From Tubiluchus corallicola (Eukaryota > Animalia > Priapulida), in the NCBI GenBank assembly GCA_030141605.1, contig JAQGDQ010000062.1, forward strand, positions 558,001 to 622,000: 64,000 bases of DNA, given 5' to 3'. Shown here piece by piece: positions 1 to 37,600 of the stretch. The position numbers and the translations under genes are program-made. Within the stretch, counting starts at the first letter, position 1, and every line of letters begins with the position of its first letter. The notes under the pieces were generated by a model that had not been told where the DNA came from, did not search any database, and was given only the letters and a program-made list of their open reading frames with translations.

Positions 1-547
1 GCATATACGCAATAGTGAGTAGTCACGGCGTGCGATTGACTACCAAAGTTAAGCAATGCAAAGCCTTAAGTAGTTACTTTTGTTGTGAATCCGAATTTTT
101 CGTTCGTGTCTTAGTGTTTAGAGAAGATGTACATGCATTTGAATGTGACTGTGATTCTTGAATCAAGATAGGGTCTGGTTATGCCATAAAAGAACCCGTA
201 AAAAATCTTTATTGGGTAAATGTTGACAAAGGTATTCACAAATCTGTATAGTTCACAAAGCCTTGGTGTTTTCATTTTTTTATAATAGTAATTTATTAAA
301 CTTTGTTTCAGATCCTATGAAAATCAATTGAATTTGAAGTGATTATACGCAGCAAATGATACAATGCAAATTACTTTGAAAACGCAATTTTCGATAATTT
401 GAAATTGCAGCCACAAAGTTTTGAAGTAAAAGATTTTTCCGAGACAAAATTAAAAAACAAGTCTGATCCTCTTAAACATTACGTCACCGTCAGTTTAAAT
501 TATTCTGATTTCTGATTGTCGTTAGTCAAAGTGCAGTAGATTACTAA

Positions 548-875
548 AGGAGAGTAGAAAGAACGAAAGATAACGAGAGAGGGGTGAAGGAGGGAGGAAA
601 AAGAGAGAGCGGGAGGGAAAGAGAGAAAATGTGTGTGTGTGTGTGTGCGTGCGTGCATGCGTGCGTGTGTGTGTGAAAGAGAAAGAACGAAAGATAGCGA
701 GAGAGGGGTGAAGGAGCGAGAAAAAGAGAGAGGAGGTGAGAAAGAGAGAGAGTGTGTATGTGTGTGAGAGAAAGAGGGCGTGTGTGTGAGAGACACAGAC
801 AGGGAAGGAGAGAAGGAGAGGAAGAGGATGAAAGGGGTAGGAAGGTAAGGAGGGAAAAGCAAAGAGAAAAGAAGA
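548..875. repeat. Compound GA-rich/(GT)n low-complexity tract with an internal duplication
   Basis: Read directly. Confidence 0.9.
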
Positions 876-1195
876 TATCGGGGGCTTTATACTACTACTA
901 CTAAAAAATAGCAGATTTCGCAGCTAAAAAAGTAACCGTGATTTTTCTGTTAAAAAAATCTTTCTCGGGAAGTATTTTTGTGGAAAAAAATTTTCCGGGA
1001 ATTCTTTTCTGGGAAATGGTTTTCTGTGAAAAAAACTTCTTTGAAACGAACCTAAACCGTGTGTGTAATTTGCTAGGTGAGGATGTTAATTCGTGCTATG
1101 AATCTGTCTGATCCAATCCTATAAAAAATTATGTTTAAACTAAATCCAATAAATGCAGGAAAGCAATACTAAATTAGAAAGTTTGCAAAGTCAAA

Positions 1196-1238
1196 CTCCA
1201 CCGGGACTCGAACCCAGGTCTTCTGCTTTTCGGGCAGA
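1196..1238 (-). mobile_element. tRNA-derived fragment (probable SINE head, 3' half only)
   Basis: TCTGC-CCGAAAA-GCAGA arm and T-arm CTGGG-TTCGAGT-CCCGG (B box); no D arm or A box. Confidence 0.55.
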
Positions 1239-2444
1239 TATTTAAGTAAGTGAAACGCTAACTATGTAGCTAACTGAAACGCACAGCAGTGAGTAAGCAG
1301 TGTAAATATTTTATTACATGTTCTGTCATGTCTATTTTTTGTATTATAGATACATTGCGAAAATAAATAATCAAAAATGAAATTAAATAAATCTGAACAG
1401 CGTCTTGATCACGCCAATGAATTCAATGGATATTATAATTCCAATGGTTTATTCACAAATAATGCATAATTATGATTACTCTAAATACATAGTGCGCAAG
1501 TAAAGAGCTATCATGTCTTGACATTTATCGCTAAGTATTAGATGATTCTGCATATCTGCCGAACTTTACCTGCTTTCTCGATCATTGCGGTAACTTATGA
1601 CCAGAGGAATTAAATAATCGGTATTTGTGTCATGTTGTTGACGAAAGTCGGAAAACGGAAAACAAAAAAACCGACATTATCGGTTACACTTTTGGACTGT
1701 AAAAGAATATCGGGCGATTTGCTAAAAATTAAATTCATTCAAGAGCTTATTATTTGCTGTAGGTACAATAAACATAGAATTTGCAAGCTATAGTCATATT
1801 ATGCCTGAAACCTGAGCTTTCAAAAAAAATCGATTCTATGCAATGTTTTAGTGTAGTAACATTAGTGCAACAAAATCCACGTGCAAGTGCTGGGTGACTT
1901 AACTAAATATTAACCTCTAAAATAATAAAATTAAAATTAAAATAAACAATGAGTAAACTTAAAATAATACGTGAGTTGTGTATTGAGAAAGCCAGTGTAC
2001 AATCAAGGGCTTGTCAAAGCAAAAGCACCACTAATATAAGTCTTTATAATAAGCATTTTAGGGTTTCACTAATATTTGGGTAACAGGCAACGTTAATGCT
2101 TGAGTTTTCATGGCTACTTAACTTCAGTCACTGAGCACATAACGTGACCACTCCGCTTTAACATTGCCTTGAAAAACTTACTATTCGAACGTGGCTATGG
2201 CAATGCCAATGCCAGAAACCTTGTACAACACAGAGATCAGACATTAAAACATTCTCTGCATGAATTAGACGTGCATTGCAGTACTTTAATTGCTCACCCT
2301 CGTATCATAAAAATAAAATTTTTTAATTATATTTAATTTAATGGTTACTAATATAGCTTTTCAGCATAAATAATTATTATGTTTTACTATGATTAGGCCC
2401 ATGCAAACTTATATAATAACAACGTTTAATGAGACGCGTTATGA

Positions 2445-25401
<22,957 letters not shown>

Positions 25402-25904
25402 ACTATAGCAGTAGAGATTTGAAGTAAACCTAAACAAAGAGAGATATTATTAGCATTCTTTATTTTAACAAGTAAATCTTAGTAACGCTTTAAACACTAT
25501 AGAGAAAGTGTTTAAAACACCTAAACAACAGAAAAATCAAAAGAGATAAACAATTTAATTTAGAATGCATTTTCAAGGCGAAAACCATCATCACTAGTGT
25601 AACAGTAAAATAGATCAAAATTTCCAAAGCTGCAAAAACTTTGAAAACATGGGATACTAAAATATACGCTGTCTTCACTACATAAAATTTGATAGTTAAT
25701 ATTATTTTTATTATACTAAATATTTTTCTGAAATTTCATTTAGCTTTTGACTTGTCGTGATTAAATTAACATCAGCACACAGACAATTGAGTAAAATACC
25801 GTTAAAATATGAAATAATATGTAAACAAAATGAACTAAAACTTGATAAAATTATGACATTTGAAGTTACCAAATTTTCACCTTACTTCATGAAATTGTTG
25901 ATAA

Positions 25905-26824
<920 letters not shown>

Positions 26825-27603
26825 TAGGCCTTGGACTATACACCTTCATATATGATCTCCTGCTTTATCTTTCTCTTCTTATTCATATTTTCTCAATAGC
26901 TAGGCGTGCCCAAGATAAGTAAATCAATTTCTTGAAATTTTTCAGCATACTTCTCATAACTTTCAATCATATGGGGACTAATTTGATTTTGTCATATTTA
27001 ATTAGAATATCTCATTGCTGTGCATATTTGCAGACACATGATGACGAAGGTTTATTTTACATAAAAGCCCATAATGTTATTTATAAGAATTTATTATTGT
27101 AAAATCAGTTGATTCACAGTAATGACGAAAGTCTGCTTTATTGCACGAGTAACCTTCGGGAGCTCTACGCTAAGTCTGTCCTAGTTATAGGTCACGCATC
27201 TTTAGTTTTTGGTATAATATACATAATACATATATACATAATATATATATATCATATGGGTTTTCAACTATTTATTGAGTATACTTGGCTTGAGATTCTC
27301 TGCCTAGACTAGAGGCACTAATAAACACAACGTACACACTGTTTTATCTAGCATTGCATTAACCCAATATTTTCTTTAGTAAAAAATACGCATTTTTGTA
27401 AAACGATATATGTTTTATATAGATTTAAATTATATATTTTAATAAAATCAAATTGATTCAGTGGGTTTGTTAGAAAGCTATTACTGTGCAGTTTATTCTT
27501 TTATCAAACCGGGTAATTATTTTTTCTTGGTTATGTGACCTTCTGTTTATGACAACTGGAACTATAACTGAGCACAAAAAAGTTTCTGGCTGGAATGTAG
27601 CTG

Positions 27604-27861
27604 CAGGGCCTATTTCAGCCTAAGCGAGGCCCGGGGAAGTGGGGTGTGTCGCGAATCGCCGGGGGGCGGGCGCAGCCATGGTTGGCGCCCAGAAAATGTT
27701 TGAACTGCTAGAACGCCGGAGAAGCATTTTCGAAGAGAAAATATGGAGTTATACAGTATGTTCGCATAAAGCAAAAAAATAATGTTACCTCGGCGCGAGG
27801 CCCCCCTGGAGGGTGAGGCCCCGGGGAAGTATCCCCACTTCCCCCCTTGAAATAAGCCCTG
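27604..27861. mobile_element. hAT-type MITE, copy 2
   Basis: TIR CAGGGCCTATTTCA..TGAAATAAGCCCTG, perfect 8-bp TSD tgtagctg. Confidence 0.9.
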
Positions 27862-28488
27862 TGTAGCTGCGATTAATATAGGAAGAAAACAGTAACAACA
27901 GTTAACAATAAGCACGTTAGATGCATGCTAATCAGCTCTCAAACTGGGGATTCTGTACATTTTAGTCACAGAAGGCAGCACGAACAACATCAGCGACATT
28001 GAAAATTCTTGAATGCAGAAATATTTCCACCTGAATTTATCACGTCTTTAATAAGCTTACCTCGTAATTTACAAATTTTTCCTGTTGCATTATCTATCCG
28101 TGAGGTAAATTGCAGTTAAACCTTACTCGCATCTTTATGCTCTTTCAGAAATCATGGATCAATGATCATTACTCATTAAACTACATGCTATTTTGTCAAA
28201 ATAATATCTTGTCTTTTTTGCTGGTTTGAAAACACCAAAAATAACAGCTGTATAAAAAATGATTGTAAAGTCTCCAACCTTCAACATGTTTGGCATGTTT
28301 TAGCATTTCAATTTATCTATTCAATTCATTTTCATTGCCTGCTCGTTTGTCTGTTTATTTATTTATTTATTTATTAAAATCAGATGCTAAAGGCGTACAA
28401 AATAGATACTAAAACTGGCTTCACACAAAGAGCACCTATATAGATCTAAATGAGGAAAATCTTGAATTTGTTTTGACAGCATGTTGTA

Positions 28489-31400
28489 GCTCGGGGGGGG
28501 GGAGTAAACCCCTACCGGGCGCATCCCCCGGGTGGCGGATGGGGGACCCCTGGCTCACGAGCCAGGGTGCTCCGAATATTCAAATAAGGAGCTGTGGACC
28601 AAATCCTTCAGGATAGACCTAGCAAGTCACTGAAGTACTTTTTGCTCAAGTAACTCATGGCGAACACAACTGAAACAACGGCCCCCAGTCCCCGGCAGCC
28701 CTTAAATGGGCAGGGGGTGCTAAGAATCTCCGGTGCCATGAATTCCAGGAGTAGAAAGGCAACTAAATTCAAAATTGCAATAATTAACATTTCGACGATG
28801 AGAGGGAAGGAGGAAGAGGTGGTGGATATAATGAAAGACAGGAATCTTGCAATTGTTGGTCTCAGTGAGACCAGGATGAGGGGTAGTGGAGAAAAGATCC
28901 TGCATGAAAACTACAAACTGATTTACAGCGGACAGGATGATGGGAGGCACGGTGTTGGAGTAGTTCTTTCACCGGATCTGCCTCCCTATGTGGAGAAGGT
29001 TGATAGTGTCTCAGAGAGAATCATTGGTATTTCCATCAAGACAAAGACAGTGGCCTTTTCCTTAATTCAGGTTTATGCCCCGCAAAGTGGAAGACCATCC
29101 CAGGAAAAAGATCAATTTTACCAGGACCTACAAGATGTCACAGATACAGCAAGATTCAAAGAAAAATTAATAGTTTGTGGAGACTTCAACGGACACATTG
29201 GATGTGTGAGAGATCACGTTGAAACAGTGGTGGGAGCGTTTAGTGTTGGCGACAGGAATGAGGAGGGAGGCAGGATAATTGACTATGGTCTGCTAAACGG
29301 GTTGGCTATAATGAATACCTTCTATAAACACCGAGATAGTCATAAATGGACGTACTACGGTTGGAACAGCGAAGCGCAGCAGTACGTCAGCAAGTCGATG
29401 ATAGATCTCTTTTTGACCTCAGACAAGCGAATATTCCAGAATGTGCGTGCTGTGCCATCGCTGTCTATGGACTCCACGCACAGAATGGTGATAGCAACAC
29501 TGACATGGAAAACAGAAAAGCTACCGAAAAAGAAGGGGAAACAGAGATTTAATATAGAAAAATTGAGAGACTCAGAAACTGCCGACACTATGAGAGAAGT
29601 TATAAACAACAAAATAGTGGAAGCTGAAAATAGAGACTGGGAAACATATAAAGAAATCGTTTCATCTGCCGCAGCAGATACATTGGGCTCTAAAAAGTCG
29701 TATCAAGGAAGGAAGAAAACTACACCTTGGTGGACGGAAGCAGTAAAGAGTGCAGTTAAAGAGAAGATGGGATGATTCAGAAAGTGGATGAAGAGAAGAA
29801 GACCCGAAGATAGACGAGAATACGAACTAGCCAGGAATCGAGCTGAAAAAGTAAAGAAAGAAGAAAAGAATAGAGTGTGGGAAAACATCGGAGAGGATTT
29901 GAAGGCTGACCATGCAGGAACAAAGAAATTGCTTTACTCAATGACAAAGAATTACAGAAGTAGTGCTAAAGAACAAACCTACGCAATTAAAGATCAAAAT
30001 GGACAATTGCTTGTGCAACCAGATGACATTGCTAACAGATGGAGAGAATACTTTGATGATTTGCTCAACGTACGAGGAAGTGAAGAATTGGAAGTGGATG
30101 TGGACCTAGAGATCGACCCGAATGAACTCATCGAGGACATCACGGGAGCTGAGATCTCGGGGGCCATAACACGGATGAAGAGAGGTAAAGCAACAGGAGA
30201 TGATGACCTCCCTGTAGAAGTTGTGAAGGAAGCTGGGGAGGAGGCGCAGAAGCTCCTGCTAACCATAATGCAGGACGCATACAGACAAGAAACTATACCA
30301 CCAGAGTGGCAGAGAGGAGTCATTAACCCGATATTTAAAAAGGGAGATAAAGCTCTTTGTGAAAATTTTAGGGGCATTTCCCTATTGTCCCACTGTGGAA
30401 AGCTATACAGTAGTATAATCGAGAGGAGGCTTCGTACACATGTTGAGGCTAGATTGGGAGAATGGCAGTACGGATTTCGACCAGGACGAAGTACATCAGA
30501 TCTTGTGTTTGTGATGAAAATGATAATGGAGAAAAGCTGGGAGTGGGGAAGGGACAAATTTGCTCTCTTCATTGATATGGAGAAAGCTTTTGACCGTGTC
30601 CCAAGAAAGCTGCTTTGGAAGATTATGTCGGAGCCGCCGTATTCTGTTCCCAAAAAGCTGATAAGAGTTATCAAGAGCATCTATAGCAATAGTGTGAGTA
30701 AGGTAAGAAAAGGAGACGTGGAGACTGACTGGTTTAACATCGAAGCAGGTGTAAGACAAGGAGACGGGTTGTCCCCGCTCCTATATATCATATTCATGGA
30801 CAAGTGCATCAGAGATACAAACCCACGACCAAACCAGCAAGTCCTCGCCTATGCGGACGACGCGGCGGTGATGGTGGACACCATACAAGAACTGCAGGGT
30901 GTGGCCAGTTCATGGTTATCAACAATGAATAATAATGGAATGAGCATAAACACGGCAAAGGGAAACACTGAGTTCATGCACATAAGCCGTAGAAGAGAGG
31001 AATTTGATGTGTATATGGAAGACAGGAAGCTGCACCAGGCAAATTCCTATAAATACCTTGGGGTGGTTGTGGATGAAGGAAATATTCAGGAAACGGAGTT
31101 GAGTGCGAGGATTGAGAAATATACAAGAAATTTTATGATGATGTATCCCCTATTGAAAGAGAAGTGCATACCCAAGCAAGTCAAGACAACTATATATAAC
31201 ACAATTTTGAAACCAATACTAACATATGGAGCTGAATGTTGGTCACTTACAACGAAGACATCCTCAAGACTACAGGCAGCGGAAATGAAAGTTCTTCGGA
31301 CTATAAGGGGTGTAACAAGGATAGACAGACTCAGAAGTGAACAGATAAGGTCAGACCTCTCAGTGAAACCACTCTTGAGAGAGATTGAGGAGAGCAAGTT

Positions 31401-31669
31401 GAGGTGGTATGGGCATATTAAGCGGATGGACGACACGAGATTGGCAAAGAAATATCTTGAATGGAAGCCGCAAGGCAAAAGACCAGTGGGAAGGCCCCGG
31501 AAGAGATGGCTTGATGGAGAGGCGCTTGCGAGGAGAGGAATCCGACTGGTGGATGTGGAGGAGGAGAAGACGTATGAAGACAGAGACACCTGGAGAGACG
31601 TTATCAAGTGTTCGCCGGCTGACAGATGAAAATCTACCAGGAGGATGGTGAGAAGGTGAGAAGGTGAGA
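28489..31669 (+). mobile_element. Near full-length RTE-clade non-LTR retrotransposon
   Basis: Single-ORF APE endonuclease + RT layout, 11-bp TSD agcatgttgta (28478-28488 / 31670-31680), 3' tail (GGTGAGAA)x3, C-terminal GKRPVGRPRKRW typical of RTE. Confidence 0.93.
28657..31629 (+). pseudogene. RTE endonuclease-reverse transcriptase ORF interrupted by one in-frame TGA (29773-29775)
   Basis: ORFs 28657-29775 and 29788-31629 share a frame; motifs GLSETR, VYAP, GDFNG, FIDMEKAFD, GVRQGDGLSP, YADD, YKYLG. Confidence 0.92.
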
Positions 31670-34600
31670 AGCATGTTGTAAGAAGGTAATTAATAGAAGC
31701 CAGTTTTTAGTCAAGCAGACAATGCAACGTATGAATGAGATTAATTTGATAAAGTTGCCAGTAGATGGCACTAAGTTACATTGCCATGACATCAAGACTG
31801 TTGAGATTCGCATTAACAAACATAGACAAACAAACAGTGAATTTCCTGCAGTCACCTCATTACAATACAAATTTTTAAAATCATTGACACAGCTCAGAGA
31901 ACATATGGCCTTATAATTAAAGAAGCCTATTATATAAGCAAGTTCCAACCGTAATTTAATTCTTACACAGAAGGGTTCGCCTATAAATAACCTGACTTAA
32001 TTTTTAGTTCATATCATCTCTCTTTCTCTTTAATCCCATCTAGTGACAACTATTCCAATTTATTTTCATTCATACATTGACTAGAGGCACTAATCGTACT
32101 TGTTCCTCTAAATGATTGACTAAAAACAGGCTTCTACGCCTGTTCACTAAAAATTTCCTTTTTGCAGCATGATGTCAAAGTGTTTGAATTCTTGCGGGGT
32201 ATATAAGTTCCCATTTACATGGTTTTACATTTAAATCTTTAGTTATTTACTTATTTATTTGTTTGTTTACATAGACCTAGTTGTTTTCATGGTCAAAGTT
32301 GCACGATGATGACACGGTTTTTGTAAAGGTAGAACAAATTTCAATGAATATAACATTCCCTGCTAGAATACTATATTATAATATTAAACATGAACATCGA
32401 AATGTCTTCAAGGTGACCTATAACAGGGTGATCAAACACGGATAAAGCAAAATAAAATCCACAGTTAAGTACATTCTAATTGTTGTGCCAAGTAAATAGA
32501 GAAGCAACAATGCATAATAGAAGTTCACACAACTATTTTCTATGATAAGTACAGGTTCGCACTTGAACTTAACGTTTTGTGATATAACTTCCTTCTACTG
32601 GATTAATTAAATGTTTGTGTAAAATCTCTTAACACCTAATGCGGCAATTACATACTGCTCTTCAGAAATTTTGTATAAATAGTTCACGTCAGTAGGTTAC
32701 ACTGATTAAGATTTTAAAATGTCCGTGCTTTTAAATCAACGTGTCTATGGAATATTTCACATCCAGCTTAAACGCTATGTGCTGACAATGGGCGTATAGA
32801 GTAACTAAACGAAGTATATTGGTTAACATAAAAAATATTTAAACCAACAAAAACAGTAAACAAATCTTTTGTGGCCAACATATAAACAATCAATAAACAA
32901 CCCATTTGTGCACAAAGAAGAGAGTCTTAAGTTAGCATGTAGATAAACCATCTTTTCTTAAACAGAACCGTAAACGCTTTTCGCAAACAATGATTTTGAC
33001 TTTGAAGTTTCTTCTTCGCAATCACTGCCAAGGGGGATTAACGAATCGACGTTGTAAAGGCAAAAAGAGAGTAAATTTTTAGCCATCTAAACAGTGCAAA
33101 CTGAAAAAAGTTTATATCTTGACAAGCGACTCGACGTGATATACGTCACAAAAACAGAAACGCCTGTCACGTTATGTCCATATCAAGTAAATTCCGTCAC
33201 ATCATGTCATAATATTGCATGCTTCATGAAACTCTACAGGGTGAATAGGGCTGTACAAGGCCTGATTATGACCTTTTTCGGCCCCTACGCTAATGAAATT
33301 ATGGCCCCCTCTCAGATGGAGCCACCATCTAACCGTCTTGAACAATTTTACTCGTGTATTTTAGCGACATTACGTATCCTGAAGTAAACTTATGGCAAAT
33401 TGTTTAAATAAAACTAGAATAGCTCTCTTTTTTGTCAATAAAATAATTTTTTAAGAAATGCCACTATTTTACTGTTTATTGCAAAAAATTAGCACATATT
33501 GCAACACATCCGTAGTGAAAAAACAGATTTCTCATAAATGTTACCAAAGCTTGAGGCCCTACCAGCTTGAGAGCTCTAGACTGCAAGCCTATACTAGCCT
33601 ACAGGATAATCAGGCACTGGGATGTCCCTCGCTATCCAAAGAAAGATATAATTGCAGAAGGATTCAGCTCCAATAGCTATGTGGACTTTAAGTCATTTGG
33701 AAAAATCGGTACAATAAGCTGCATATTTTTGCTTGTAGTTTCCTTGTAATTTGAATTCCAGTTTTAACCAAGTTATTAAGGTGGGGTCGTTTGTAGCCAC
33801 AATCAGCTTTAACTTTTTATACAAAAACACTTCAACAACAGCACCATATTTTAAAAGGTTTAACGTGTGGTGTCATTTGTTTTGCAACTTTTATTTTTAT
33901 CAATTATTATTACTAAATACTAAAACTAAAAACTTTTTACATGCTGCCCTGACGGTCTTATTCTATAACTGATCTACTTTGATATATATATATATATATA
34001 TATATAATTGATCTACTATGTTTATATAACAATTTGATTTTTATCGACTGCCAGTGGTTGGGCTATTAGGAGAGTATTTTTTTTTTATTTTTAGTAGCCA
34101 TAAGCTCATTGCGTTAGATCATTAGGCTATAATAACTCAGTAATATTGGTCAAGTGTGCGTTGGATTTAATAGTTAAACTTAGGCTGAAGCAAAGGGAAA
34201 AATGATTGGGTTTACAAAAAAAACGCATATTTTAAGTATTGCTCTGCACTCCTGTTATGTAATGTGATTTTAAAGTTTCTTAAAAACAGTAAAAGTTTTG
34301 TACGCGATTACTCGTCCTTAGAGAAACTATGCAGCCGTACGGTTCGACGCATCTATTGACACGCTCAGTTATCGTTTTCTTCATTGTTCCTATAATAAGG
34401 TAAATTTAACAGAAGTAATCTACTAACATACTGATCTCATCTATCTCATCTTGTTTTTCAATGCCAACGACCTATTGAGAACAAAAAGGTCACGGCGAGC
34501 TTACTCGGGTTTCGCCAGTGATTTCATGGCAAAAAACTGGCATAGCAAACCATTATTATAATCTACGAGTTCTCAAAATCAAATGCCTAATAATTCTCAA

Positions 34601-37600
34601 TAAAATCAAATCACTATCTCTGTTAATTTGTTATACAAAACTTCAAACGATTATGATCATTTATATCGTCGTTTTGCTGTTGCCGCCGCTGCTGTTACTG
34701 TTACTGTCATGTTGCCTATAATAATTTTTTCAGGATTCAAGACGTCTCATGTATCCAAATACATATAATATCCAAGCACAACGACGCATTCACACAAAAA
34801 ACACTACGGTTCCGCAACTTATTGCCCGCTGGTTCGATACTTGTAGCCTCGATGGCTCGGTAACTGGTCCCTCAGTGCCCTCAGCTTCGGTATCTAAAAT
34901 TTTGGCACCCGGAGCCACCGTCTAACTGAAAGATTTATTTCTACTTCGGCCTATAATAATGAACCATAGATAAGCTCATTATAGTGGACAATTACAGAAT
35001 TAGTGTGGTTCGATCTGCGTATGGGTATGTCATAAGCCTATCTGCGTGCTCTATAGGTAATATGGAAAGCTGATATTTGGCGCACCATTATTCCACCAGG
35101 GATGGGGTCGGAGCCTATTGGTGTGTGGGTCAAATCAGGTGCAGACTTTACTTACTTTTACATTTTTAAAGAGCTATAATAGATATAGGCTAACGGTCAC
35201 ATTGCTTAGACTACAATAAAAATCTATTAATCCTACTGCTTGGCTTAGCTGGCTACGTATCCCCATTCCGTTTTGAGCGCCCAAAGTGTGCCGAGTAATG
35301 CCAACTGTGCCCATATTACATTCACGAGAATGTTTTTTATCTGTCTCTGTTTAATCCCAAGCTTTTCTCATCAACAGCGGCAACTATTCCCACTACTGAG
35401 CATCCTCTCCAATGACACCATTTTTATTTAACAAAAAATATTCAGTTATTTAAGAAATGGCGTACAAACTTTACATAAATTACCAAATAATAAACCATCC
35501 TTTCGTTAATTTTTTGGAGATTTTGTAATAGATTTAAGTAAAACGAATTTGTTTGAAATCAGGAGGCTTATTTTAGTTTTTTTTCAGTTTTTTATACACT
35601 TTTATTAATTTTGAAGTCAACCGTAACAATGGTATCTCATTGTAATTCAGTAATATTGGTTTTAATATGCTTGTTAAACAACTTCACTCCAGCACTACCT
35701 TGACGCATTTTAAAAAAAATGTATTTGACACGATATCACATTACATGTAAGTTCCAATTTCAAAATTCAAACTGTTGTGGTTTAATGCTAGGGTGAGTTA
35801 AAGCACCAACACCGTTTAAACGAGTAGTCTTCTTACTGTAGCATCAAACTTAAATCTATACATTAAAACGTCTCAGTTCCTTTCTCACCTGACGACAGTA
35901 ACTGCTAATGACAAGAGCCAAAAGAATCAATAAAAGAGTAAATAACATAAAAAGACGCGACGTTTCAACACGCCATTGCGGTACTACTTTTAAGTGAAGG
36001 GAACAAAGAAAGCACGTAAAAAGAGAAGACGCACAAATATCATTTATAAAATTATAACTAACGTAAAGCGTGCAACAGATAAGCACAATATCTACTAAAT
36101 AGATCGCTGAATTCATGGCCCCTTGACTCAGAAAAAAAGTAGTCCACTAGTAAATTTTGTCTAATTGGTGATTTTTTGTATACAAAACCCAGGCACAATT
36201 CTTGGTTAATTTCTATGAATTTTCTTGAATGGCCAAAACTTGCATTTGAATAGCCTGTTGGACCAGACTTAGTTTTCTGTTCAATGAATAAGAAGCTAAT
36301 TTTGTACTTACAAGCTCAATTTCCTAATTTGTGTTCCGGGACGTCTATTGAAGTGCACCTTGCGACGGCTGAAAGAAAACAAACAAAAAGTCAAAACTTG
36401 GGATGCACATTTTCAACATTTATGAACTCTTAGTAAATCTGATTAACGTCTGTTGCAGATGGCGCTCTCGAAAATGCGGCGAATGAGTTTATAAAATTTT
36501 CACCTGCAGACATTGATCAGAACAATGTTTTGCTGCTTTAGCGTAGCGAAAACCAGTTATGGTGCAAGAAAATAACCTAGGTTTGTCTGTCGAATCAATT
36601 CCGTTAGTCTCATTTAGGCCTAAAAGTGATTTATTTAAAAATGTGTAATAGTAATTCTGTACGGCCGTTTAGTGATAACACAAAAAAGTATTAAAGACAT
36701 TCTCCAAATAATTCCGATAATCTTTTTTTAATATGGATATAAACAAAACGTTGTTTTGTTCTGTGAATAAACTACTAATTAGACCATAATTCGAATGATA
36801 GTAATTTGAGACTTTTATAGTTTTGGCAATTGTTCATTTTGCGAAGTAGTATATGTTTAATTCTGACTTTTCTTTCGAATTTGTAAGATGTCCATTGAGT
36901 GTTTGTGATGTCTTACGTGTGTCTTATGACTACTTTTAATTGGTTGAAGCGTCACACGGTGCCAACTTAAGCAAACAATCTTTTACAGAGAAGGTATGAA
37001 ACTAATATGACGTAGCAGACGTAACATGAATAGCTAGGCCTCTACTTGTGTTTCACACGGTATCACACCCTCAGAAGGTCACAACGTCCAGTCGGACCGA
37101 ACGGTAACGATTTTAACTCTTTGTCTTTGAGTTCGTGAACAGCCAAATTCGTATTTCCCACATAATCTACGTTATGTAGCTTCAGCTTACAACACTAATA
37201 GCCATAATTATTTTTAATTAGCCTCACAGCTTCCTATTTGTTATTCGAGATTTCGCAACTTTAGAGTTAAACAGGTTCCTTCTTCATCATGTTACATCTT
37301 CAGCAGCCTCCATTTGTCTATGTTGTTATAAGCTCGCATTACGATAATGCCACTCAGCTTCCAACCGGGTTTGAGCTGCTCGTTGTGTATAGTTAATCTA
37401 CCTGCTAGAAAAGGGTGGTTCAAATCTCTACAGTGAAGGTTTAGAAAATCGAAGTTTCCAACTTTAAAAAGCATAATGAGGTGATGTCTGTCATACATTT
37501 AGCTCATCTGTACTGAATAATTGCAAATAATTATCTCTTCCATAACAAGCTATACATGATTTCTTACAAGATACTTACTTCTAGTTCAAACGACCAACTT

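Noticed and set aside
500-862. 120-aa Ser/Leu/His ORF
   Set aside because: Translation of GA/GT simple repeats
1196-1238. Functional tRNA-Phe
   Set aside because: Only anticodon-like and T arms are present; no D arm or acceptor stem, and the loop lacks U33
29773-29775. Selenocysteine or programmed readthrough at the RTE TGA
   Set aside because: No SECIS or readthrough context seen; a point mutation is simpler
29994-31674. Antisense ORFs over the retrotransposon
   Set aside because: Shadows of the RT coding strand
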